Source: Haliotis rufescens (taxonomy: Eukaryota). From it: a DNA stretch of 64,000 bases. The translations under genes and the position numbers were made by a program. The stretch spans positions 16,058,001 through 16,122,000 of the forward strand of contig NW_025963891.1 of the NCBI RefSeq assembly GCF_023055435.1, read 5' to 3'. Each line of letters opens with the position of its first letter. The first letter of the stretch is position 1. Shown piece by piece: positions 1 to 10,912 of the stretch. The notes under the pieces are model-generated. The model had not been told where the DNA came from and did not search any database. It saw only the letters and a list, made by a program, of their open reading frames with translations.

Positions 1-1121
1 ATGCAGTTCCTAGACTACTTTTGTGAAATACAAGAAAACAAACCAACGACAATCTGGGATTCGTTCACTAGTTCACTATCCCAGGTTCTAGTCAACCACT
101 ATGCAGATACTTTGGATGTCAATAAGCATTTCCACTCTGCGTTCTTGCATCATGCAGACCAGCAAGCGATGAAAGCCACACGATAATTGAAACGAATTTG
201 TTTTTCTATGTTTGTAATTAAACTAATGATTTTTCATTCCATTTGTTAGAGTAGCCTTGAATTCATTGAACACAACATACCTGTTTTTTTTTACAATAAA
301 AACCCCATACAAATAACACATTGATTTATCACTAACAAAGCAAATGCAACACGAATACCACTCAAAGGACTCAAAGTGCAACTATATACAGTGCGCATAC
401 ACTGCTACCGTAATCCGTGTTTCTACTAGTTCTAGCTGGGGAGTATGTTGATAGACTGTCCGTGTACGGGGTTTGTACAGTCAATACTTTGCAGTCTGTA
501 AAGCTTATTATAATGATCGGTTAAGAATTATACACTTAACTGTGTGGTTTTGTTTTCAGCATGTAAATAAAAATTTGTTTTCAAAAAGATAGCCGAGTTG
601 TTTTCCTTATTTAAGAAATTTTCTTTCCAATCTTTCGACTTACCTGTAGTTTAGTCGACGCATGTTTAGGATCAGCCAACCAGAAACCAAAACAAACATT
701 CATCCGATTAGGAATGTTAAATTTGGTAAAGTAAACGAAAGGAAATGCCTTATCGCCATATGGCTATCACGACAAACCCTGCCTTGTACTTATTTAAGAT
801 ATGCCCAAGGACATATTTATGAAAAGACTTTTTTGCTTTTATGTGGGATCAGGTCTCCTAAACATGTTACTTGATCGTGTCGTGGGTTATCGCTTCTGGT
901 AAACACTTAGACACACACAGGTGTCATAGAGCTTGGATTGGCGATCATAATGAGCAGTTAGGAACAATGTCCCCCATCGATTCAGACTTAAGCTTCAGGA
1001 TTTGATTATAGGTGAGGCTGTAGAGGCGTTAATCTGGATCAAATACGCTTCACGGGAGATATAACGTCGCTGACACCGTCAGCAAAATCATTAACAGTCT
1101 CCTTGAACAACAAGGTATCCG

Positions 1122-1262
1122 GCGCGGCGGGGAGGCCTAGCGGTTTCAGAATTCGTTCGTCGTTCGCCGACGACGCTGATTCAAGTCTCCATGTGGGTAC
1201 AATATGCGAAGTCCTCAGTTGTGTTATTGCTTGGATATTTTTAAATAAGCTCGTCGCACCTA
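1122..1262 (+). mobile_element. SINE family A, highly degenerate
   Basis: ggcgggg.ggcctagcggtt...tcgtc..cgccga.gac...tgggtacaat..g.gaag. Confidence 0.55.
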
Positions 1263-1566
1263 ACATCGTAGTAATAATAACTTCCCATTAAGCAGAGGTG
1301 ACCGGAGTAGTCAGGCAGTTAGCACAAAGAATGGAATGACTGCATAGTTACCGAGTGTTAGCGGTAGGATTCAACAATTAAAGCGAACATAGACTATGAA
1401 GAGATTTAACATAGACCATTAGAAGAATTTAGAAGATTTTTGTATTTGTTTTTGATAAAGATCTTGTATTATTAGCAGGGATTTGGATATACTGTCTTGT
1501 AGCAGAATATACAATGCTGAAATATACAGCAATAAGTCTGTGGGTGTATGTAATATTTAAAACCAC

Positions 1567-1725
1567 TTCCATATTGATAAGAAATATATGCTTGAAGCCG
1601 AGTCCGTTGTACGATTCCGACTATATCATAAGCATGTGTTTACGAATCGCTACCAAAGAGTGATGACACCAGGTGTTCGCGAAAAGGTGACCTTATCCTG
1701 CCCCACCAGAAGCACCAGTCACACG
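1567..1725 (-). mobile_element. Penelope-like 3'UTR fragment
   Basis: Matches 58778-58945 and the reverse complement of 1981-2180 (aagcatgtgtttatgaatcac, gacaccaggtgttcg). Confidence 0.6.
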
Positions 1726-1980
1726 AGTGGGTCACATTGATCATGACATACCACTGTAAACCACTACGTGCATAAGACTTTAAATGCCTGCTGAAAAATG
1801 TGTTGTAGTTTAATTAGCATACATGTACCTTCACTGCCACCTTCACTTGTTATAGTTATGTGTAGTTTGGTCACTCACGACATTTCCACATCACGGTCCT
1901 GGCCTAAAGATGACACGTACCATGTTGCATTGGCTTAAGGTCTTCCCGAGTTATCGTTTTAACAAACGTTTCAGATGAAC

Positions 1981-2180
1981 TACTGCCTTGCATTTGCATG
2001 TGTTTGTGACAGGTGCAACCGGTGGGGCAGGATACTGTCACTCTTACACGAAAACCTGGTGTCATGAGTATTTGATAGTGATTCATAAACACATGCTTAT
2101 AATTAATTAGTAGCAGTCGTACAATCGACGCCGCTTTTAGTAGATATGTCTTATGAATATGGAAAGGGTTTTGTCGCTTT
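1981..2180 (+). mobile_element. Penelope-like 3'UTR fragment
   Basis: gtgacaggtg...gcagg...cctggtgtc...gtgattcataaacacatg...cttatgaatatggaaag shared with 51210-51360. Confidence 0.65.
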
Positions 2181-2636
2181 GATTTAGGATATGACATTGA
2201 AAGGTGACCTTGAACCTTTGCATGAATGTTGACCTTGAAGGAATTCCCTGGGCTACAGAGATATTATTGATATGATATTCATGAGATGTCCGAGAATGTG
2301 TGGTTCCCAAACCAAAGCGTCTGAACTAATTAAGCGGTCGGAAGACCCTCAGAGACGCAGGCCAGACTTCAAAGTGCATTTACCACGTTGGAGAGCCCCA
2401 CAAGCACGGGAATGTCCTGGACGCTTACAAGAAACAAAGCCTTCCAAAACCTTTGCAGTTTCCCATCGTAGCAATAAGAGATCAAATTATTCCTTTGCAT
2501 TTACAATTTTCACCTGTTAAACAAGTAGCCACGCATGCACAGGTAGGGGTTGTTATTAACTTTAAGTGACGTTTTATCAAAGTTCGTGTAATTATTTTTA
2601 GAAAACTTTGTATTGAATTGTACTCTTGTCCCTGAG

Positions 2637-2753
2637 CATGAGTGTACAACCATTAACAGTGCAACGCGCTCACCTACGTGTATAATCATTAACAGTACAA
2701 CACGCTCACATGAGTGTACAACCATTAACAGAACACGCTCGCATGAGTGTACA
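2637..2753. repeat. Short minisatellite, about 3.3 units of 33-36 bp
   Basis: catgagtgtacaaccattaacag recurs at 2637, about 2673, 2709 and 2742. Confidence 0.85.
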
Positions 2754-3765
2754 TTTTCATTTTCCGACAACCTCTGTTCATACGTTGACAAGCGTTTTTA
2801 TATTAGACACTGAATCGACTGGAAAGGCTTCTTTGGCATCTATGTTGTCTATCAAAAACACATAATAAAGCACCGTATTAATACCGTTACTACCTCACGC
2901 GGCTCTCTTGTCTGTAAATCCACTGGCATTCTTGATAGAACAAAGCTAAGGAAACAGTATTAACCGAGAACAATTATAATCAGTCTGACACATCCTTTCC
3001 TGGAAGTCCGAGACACAATGCAGTGTGATCCATCTTTCCAGACGGGAAGTTTGCACCCTTTTGAATCGATCACATGAATATCGAAAAGGTTTTCCCAATG
3101 AGATTAAACATTGCATGTTTCGCTATTTCAAGTAATAAATAGTTTATGTTTTCTTTTCTATGTGAATATTAGTCTCTACATATGTGCCCTATCAATTGTT
3201 TTCGACGTGTAAGGGAAGTTATAATTACTTAAATATTTTGTTATTGTTACAAGAACAAATGTAGTGTATTTATTCGCGGCCATGAACTGATCAACCCTGC
3301 TTAATCCCATTAATAGACTGACAGTAATTGATTTTGTCAAAACACAGCTGAACGCGAGCCTTTCTTCCCCGTGTTGTGATGATGCCAAGATAACACAAAC
3401 TACAGGAATCTACATAATACTAATTGAGGAAGTGGACGTTTGATATGATCAATAAGCAAATGTCGGTACGTTATGGTATCTGTAAACATTAGACTGACAA
3501 CTGCTCTACAAATACATATCTTAATGTATTTCTTACACGTGTCATCTATCAAAAGGCCACACACATTATTATTTCAGATCTTCGATTCTCAAACTGACGA
3601 TAAAAATGATGCAACTAAATGTTTATTATTATTTGACTTCTTGTAAAAATTAATGTTTATTTTAATTTTATTTTTTTATGTCAAATGTTTATACCTCATT
3701 ATCGGAAGATATATATCAACGATGAGATTCAAAAGTTCGAGGTTACCGAAGAACAAATATTAAGT

Positions 3766-4245
3766 TATGAACACACAATGCCATTTTAGAAAGTGGTCAA
3801 ATGCAACACTTTCTCAGTAAAGTACATATTCTCGTACTTTGGGGGTTGAGTCCCGTCCGGGATTCGAACCCACACTTGCAGAGCACAAAGTCAGCGATGT
3901 AACCCGATCACAAGTGTGATCCCAAATATAACATCTGATACATATGACCACTTTCTCAAATGGCATCGGGTGTTCATAACTTTCGGCCATGGAAGCCGTG
4001 CCACTTCACACACGTCAGAGGGGTACACAAAGTACTTGATCTAGACTACCAGTTTTCGGACTTTCATTTTGTGGAAGCCTCGTTGCCTGAGTGGGTTAGA
4101 TCGCAGACTTTGTGTGCTGGCGATTAGGTGCCTTACTCTGCCAGTGTGGGTTCGAATCCCGGACGGGAATCAACCCCAAAAGTACGAGAATCTGTACTTT
4201 ATTGAGGAAGTGTTATTCAAATTATAACATCTGCTAAATATGAAG
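3766..4245. mobile_element. Two adjacent copies of a TIR-bounded element carrying a tRNA-like cassette
   Basis: TIR tatgaacacacaatgccatt..agaaagtggtcaaatg at 3766 and inverted at 3978; tRNA-like A/B boxes on minus (about 3850-3900) and plus (4077-4172). Confidence 0.72.
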
Positions 4246-5167
4246 TTGCTGTGATTTACACAGAATCAGGAAGACGTTCATCTCTGGTACACACACCATT
4301 ACAATGCCTTTACTAAATAAATGCATCAGTAGATCGCGCTCGCTGTAAAGCAATAATGATGAAGAGAGCTTCACTGATCATAGGGTGATCTAAATAATAC
4401 CATACACCCTTCGTCCAGATAGAAAGTGATAGCAAAATATGTATATGTACTTGTTTATGTTCATATTGATTGGACTCTCATGGCCTTTACAACGATTAAG
4501 CTGGGCATGCAAAACACCACTGATAGCACCTGTTGTGGACCACCATCAGCTGTAGAAGCCATATGTCTAACATCAGAATTTCTCACTCAATGTGTCAGCC
4601 ACTTCAAGAACTGTGATGCTCCATTTGATATAAAACACTGGGTGGTTTGATGGTCCTTTTTACGGTAATTTAAATATGTACTACATACACGACGTTATCC
4701 TAACACGTGATAACGCTGCGTTCACATACGTCATGCACCGTGACCTGGTGTGGAGTGAAAAGAGTTTGCCTACGTATATCCATTGACGCCTACATACGAC
4801 CCGTGGTGGTCCTAGAGAACAATTTGTGGATAACGTCTATGCGAAATTTGGGATAGGACATTTAGACATGAAGTTAGTATCCCCATGGACACCAATTGTA
4901 CCCCGATTGTATGCCTCTTTCTGCACACGAGTCGACTTTCCTGTTCGGATTGCCAAGGTCTAAAGAGGGGAGTTTGGCCATGAAGTTTGACACTGCATGA
5001 ATCAGGTTTGTCTAGATCTTGTGACGTTCGGTGGTGGTCAGATAGCCAGTTCACTCCCACTGATTTACCCTACTGAGCTAGAGGCGAGGGAGACCAATAA
5101 GACCCAGTCTGTCTGATTCCTATTTGGATCTGTGGGTATTCAGAGATGACTGACAGGAGGCTGTCCA

Positions 5168-5420
5168 CAAGACTGTTTGACAGAGGGATGGCTTCAGCCT
5201 TCCAATAGTCAACTTTCCCTTCATGTCGAGCAATGTTCCCATGGCTCCGGTCTTTAATGTTTACATATCACAACTTTTGGGCTGTAGTCGAATTGCTGTT
5301 TCTGCGAGGAATGTCGCAGGGGTGTCGTGCAACTCTTGCTCGGGATTTGTTTTTATCCAGGCTGCAGTATTCGGGGCACTGGTGGAGCTTTCGGGGTCTT
5401 ATGTGAATATGTGAAGGACA
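5168..5420 (+). mobile_element. Penelope-like RT C-terminal fragment
   Basis: PIVNFPFMSSNVPMAPVFNVYISQL; DNA similarity to 51002-51120. Confidence 0.72.
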
Positions 5421-6290
5421 CTGCCTTTGTGACCTTTGTGAATGACCATGTTATGAAGATCCTACGTAACAACATCTCCATAGTCATTGCTATAAACCCG
5501 GACTATGATCCCTCTAAATGTCAATGTCCGTTCAAGCCCTGTGGACAATTACCAGGGACACAACCTCCCAACGATCAAAGTAGATAGCTGTATATTTCGT
5601 CTTGGTTATTGTGGTCGTTTCATACAAGCCGTTTCGTATGACTACCGTATTGGAGGAAAGGAACGAAATTAACGGTAGTTTGGCAAAATACACTGACACT
5701 ACTACCGGTGAAGCATGTTTTCAAACTCCTTATACAACGGTTTAAGGTTCTGATCCAATGGGTGTTCGTCATTTGATCGCGTGTTGTACAGTTGTATCCC
5801 GATAATCTTCTCCATCCAGTACGGTTTATACAACAGTGCCGCTGGCGTAAAATGTACCTAGATGTTTACGCAAGTACCTGCGCCATGGAAACGGAAAATG
5901 TCGTTTGTGCGAACTGTTCACTAGATACGCGGATGCTGTTCGAAAGTCGAAATTGGTCTCTGTTCTGCGACATCCACACCATGCCCTTTCCTCCCACAAC
6001 AGTACCTTATAATATACCCCAGTAAAGTTCCATAACTTGTCCTCTATCTTCTTTAAACGTCTGCTGTTGTACTATTACAAAGATCCTTCCGGAATGTTTT
6101 ATTGTGTTTTAATCGGACAGTGTTTACGCCTTTTTACAGGTATTCAATTACAAAATACCACTACCCCTATTATATGTTGTAGATCATATCCGTTCACAAC
6201 CATGCATCAAGTAGAACCAGGCCTCAAAGGTGAATGAGGTGCTTTGACCTTCCGCATGGATATACATTTGTTTCCACTGTAAAATGTTGA

Positions 6291-6537
6291 TTTGGTTGGT
6301 TGGTTTGTTGTTTAACGCCGCACTCAACAATATTCCAGCTATATGACGGCGGTCTGTAAATAATCGAGTCTGGACCAGACAATCCAGTGATTGATATCAT
6401 AAGCATCTATCCACGCAATTGGGATCGATGACATGCATCAACCAAGTCAGCGAGACTGACCACCCGATCCCGTTAGTCGCCTTTTACGGCAAGCATGGGT
6501 TGCTGAAGACCTATTCTACCCCGGATCTTCACGGGTA
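6291..6537 (-). mobile_element. SINE-like retroposon family D (non-tRNA structured head; (AACC/AAAC)n tail)
   Basis: 12-bp TSD gtaaaatgttga at 6279-6290 and 6538-6549; near-identical to the 10638, 31860 and 34073 copies. Confidence 0.92.
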
Positions 6538-6893
6538 GTAAAATGTTGAGTTGTACATGTGGTCTCAAACCATTCTCCATTTTCATCATACAAGGGCCTA
6601 TGTTATAATATGAGTGTATGGGTTTCCCCTGTATTTAATATTTGGATACGGCAAGTGAATACAGGTTTAGATGATAGGCGGGACACCTTCGACCGCCACC
6701 TTCCTATCACATTATGCTGACTCGACATGAATTAACTGAAATTGTTTTTACATCGGTTAACCGCATCAGTTTGAAAGATCGACCGAGTACAATACCAGGG
6801 GAGAATCCTGATCACTTTCTTCTGTCTGGAACATCCTCTTATCTAGACTGCTTCGTTTAGACGATCTCTCCCAAATAGAACGTTACACTCACT

Positions 6894-7260
6894 ATAATAA
6901 TAATAATAATAATAATAATATAGTTTATTAATGTGTCATGTGTACATAATACACCTGGCCATAACTGGCCTAAAAGACACCTAAAATTATACAATCAATA
7001 AAATACATAAATAAAACATTATAACTTATAATATCTTCATATGTATACAGTGTTGAACCACAACTTACATAAGAGTTACACCCCGTCCTTATAGAAATAA
7101 GTCACTATGTTATCAGCATCTTTTTCACGATTTATAGATTTGTTTGGTACTTACTTCAATAAACATTTAGTAAACAGCGGTTTTAAAGTGTCTGCCTTAT
7201 CGGAGTGACCTACCCCTTTATAAACAGGACGAGGCAAACACTTTCGAATTCTGATATACT
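6894..7260 (-). mobile_element. Probable LINE 3' end terminating in aataaac + (TAT)n
   Basis: Minus strand ends in ...ggccagttatggcc...ttaataaac, followed by a 27-bp ATT microsatellite (6894-6920). No convincing protein motif. Confidence 0.35.
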
Positions 7261-10174
7261 ATCACTTTAAGTCAACGATGAGAGATTGGTGGTCTTTCAT
7301 GATTTAATTATGGCCCTAGTTGACCTTTCGATGTTACCACAAGAGTGATCTCACGTTGCGATGGCCGATTAACATCAACACATCATTAGAACTAGATGTG
7401 GTGTTTAATATATTATTCATACTGTTGACGTATGTATACTGGCTATTTTTCTGTTTTATCAATAATAGATTGGTCGAGATTGACAAACGGATAACATACC
7501 TTGATTTAGATTGTTTACGACGGCGACAGTAACACACTAGTGTGGTTGTCTGTCTGAATGTAAGGATAATTGCAGTAAATAGTTCTGACCAGTTTCTTCT
7601 TGCAAGACGAAAAAGAAAGTTTTTTTGTCAGTTTGTGTGTGGCAAGATTCTTAAGAACCTAGATATAATATTTTCTTCAGAATTAAAACAAACTATGTTC
7701 ATAAAAACAAATGTAATTTGTTGTGGCTTATGGTAAATGTCTTCATAATATCAAAGACTTGAACGCGGGAGGACCACCCGTGAAGTCATAGATTGTATGA
7801 ATAGATTCCAGGTCACGCCTCATGGCATTGCCTCTACCTCAGTGCAAATAGTAATCCACTGTATGTTCAGAAAGGAACAAATTTACTCCATGTCTTCTTA
7901 AATAGAACGCCCAAAGCTATCCGTTGAGAGAATGGACCGCCAATAAGGTAATTGGGCTGTCAGACTCAGTGACGAAACCAGTACCCACTCTGCTTACTGA
8001 AACATTGCATATCACTACCTCAGCACAAGCCCAGCTTACTTTGTCAGGGTTATTTTCATCACAACCTCTTCCCGCTGTCATCTCCTGGTCCTGACAGCTG
8101 ATGGTAATCCTAAATGAACGGGGAAATCTCAGCCCACTTTTCGATACCAGCAAAGTTCCTCTGGTCCTGTTTGAGCATCCCTTGGTGTCTCTATATTGTC
8201 GAGTTTATCTGTTAAGTAGTTTCGACAAGGTATCAATCAGCGTTTAGCCTACTACAGCTGCTTATACGCTGAGGGGAAATGTTTAGTTAAGACTGATAAA
8301 TACCGCCATGGTAGAATATGAGGAGCTTCAGGAAAATTAACACGATAGGCAGGAATTAGTGTAAGAGTTTTCTGTTACCTGAGAAAACCAACAATGTGTT
8401 AGTAACGGGTAAACACAACACTGACAGGTGTTTTTAAACGTGTTCGTTCACTGGTATGCTTACATGGCTACAGACATTATTGATTATATATTATGCATTC
8501 CATCCGTATTAAACAATGTTTTAAAATTCGCTTTGTGGGTGATTCTCAATCTGAACCCTTGTAATTATATCCGTCTAAGATGAATTACCCAAGAAGTCAT
8601 CAATTGCATCAAATAACCTGTCATACAAGTATTATAAAAGTATTTCAAACAGAAACATTTGTACACATAGCATATGAGGAGAACTGAAGAGTGCATTATT
8701 CACATGCTTCACACACAACGTCAGGTAAAGATTATTGCTTGTATAGGATTTAGAAATAGGATATGGAAAGCGGAGCCTCTTGAACACAATAGGCTGACGT
8801 CATTGGTGGGTAAACGCTCGTGAAGATGGAAATATTTAAGGCGAACCATGAAAAAATAGGTCTTGACAAAAGGTCACTAGTCTTTCTGTCAGGTGAGCTA
8901 AAAGCAGGACAATTCAATATGCTTGATCCTGTTATCGTTATTTTTGAAAATCACGCATTTTATTAATTCACGTTGACTTAAATATACATCATGTAGTTTC
9001 TTTATTAAACAAACATAAGACAATTCACGTTCTTGGGGTTTTATATTCACTACTTATCGCCTCTGTAGCTTCACATAATGTTTGAACTTTAGGTTTTGGA
9101 AAGACAGAAAAGAAAGCTTTTGATTCCACATGGTACCGTATGCATACACAACATATTCGGTTATTTACGCATAACAGTAAAGAATTATTGTCATTAAGAA
9201 AACTCTGCTTTTGTTGTGTGCGTTGATGTCTGTATGAGGAACATGCAAATCGAATTTCTGAAATTAATTGTATGAAGTAAAAGTGTATGAACACATTGAA
9301 CTTGTTGCTCGTTTTAATATTCTGAGAGCAACTCTGGTGATCACTCAGATCCATTATTCCCCACTGTAAATGTTTAAAATGCGTGGCTGTTTTTTCATTC
9401 GTGAAGGATTCCCATCATACCTTCCTTCATTAGTCGGAGGAATGCATGCAGTGTTTACTTTGCAGAAACGCTGAAATCATTCTTCACCTAAAACCTGTTT
9501 ACCAGACATTAGCCTTTTAATAGCCCATTAGACAAAACAAACTTAGGGATCAATCTCGCCGAACATTTTGAGGATGTTTTGCCGATTAAGCACAATGATT
9601 AAAAAAAATCCGTTTAAATGAAATATGACAAATAGAGCCAGCGTCACGGGTCATGTGTTAATGTTGATTACCGAACCCAGGGGCAGAGAATCGCCCTCGT
9701 TAAACTCGACTGTGAATATAGTTGCCTACCGGTTGGCAGTGAGCTTATTCGTCATCTGGGGATGAATCATATTTATACACGTACAATGTCATGTTCAGTC
9801 GCCTTGTTTTGATTGATATTAATCCAGTATATACCTATGGTAATATTAAGATTATTCAATTTGTGTACCACTACATGCACAATATGTATACATCTTCCAT
9901 GTCTTCATATCGCATTGTTATTTGATCTTTGCTAGCTTTACGCACGCTGATTAAGGAGCATTTCCTCGTTAATAACAACATGTTTACGAAACCTAAACTA
10001 TATTATTTGCATAATTTTATGGCTTTTGTGCTGGAGACACGTAATACCACGTTAAAGTGTTAAAGTGATCTGAATAGACGAATTCGATACAAAACATGAT
10101 ATTAGTCAAAACCTACACTATTACTGGTTACGCATAAATATTTAGTTGGATATTGGATAACCTAGGAATATCAG

Positions 10175-10534
10175 GGTGAGGTGAAATGGGGTTTAACGTC
10201 GCGTTCAGTGTTATTGCCCTTTTATAGCGGCGAGCATGCACGTGTTCGTGTGTGCGTGCGTGTGCGTGTGTGTGTATGGCTGCTTGTACTAGTCCGAACA
10301 AATGCCCGTTTTATAGTGCTAGCCCACTGAGATACCATGCCGCAGTTTAACGAGGATATCCTTCTTAGGCACAGTATGCTGACTGCGAGCCGACCTGTCC
10401 TTGTTTTAATGCCGAGGGCCAGACGGGGTAACAAAATAACAAAAAAGACAATCTGTTTATGTCTTTTAGTATGACGCGGTCAGGGATCGTACCGGCGACC
10501 TTCCGCCCTCCGGGAAGACGCTACGGATGTGGTC
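10175..10534 (-). mobile_element. SINE family C, diverged
   Basis: Colinear with 24583-24937; internal GT/GC microsatellite. Confidence 0.88.
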
Positions 10535-10637
10535 AGCAATAGTATTGAGGGGACAAGGATAGGCTTCAGAAAGCGTGCCTTTGTCGGGCATTAAACCTTG
10601 GTCCTCGAATTGAATCCTATTCTATCGCCCCTCGAAT

Positions 10638-10912
10638 ATTTAGTTTGTTCGTTTGTTTGTTGTTTAACGCCGCACTCAACAATATTCCAGCTATCTGACG
10701 GCGGTCTGCAAATAATCGAGTCTGGACCAGACAATCCAGTCACTGACATCATGAACATTGATCCACGCAATTGGGATACGATGACATGCATCAACCAAGT
10801 CAGCGAGTCTGACCACCCGATCCCGTTAGTCGCCTCTTACGACAAGCTTAGTCACCTTTGACGGCAAGCATGGGTTGCTGACGAACTATTCCACCCCGGA
10901 TCTTCACGGGTC
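10638..10912 (-). mobile_element. SINE-like family D with an internal hairpin duplication
   Basis: 10-bp TSD cccctcgaat at 10628-10637 and 10913-10922. Confidence 0.92.

Noticed and set aside
1-186. 61-aa ORF at the window start
   Set aside because: No recognisable motif or splice support.
8868-8903. Helentron/HINE-like terminus (tcaggtgagctaaaa)
   Set aside because: Single short motif; no partner end or second copy in the window.
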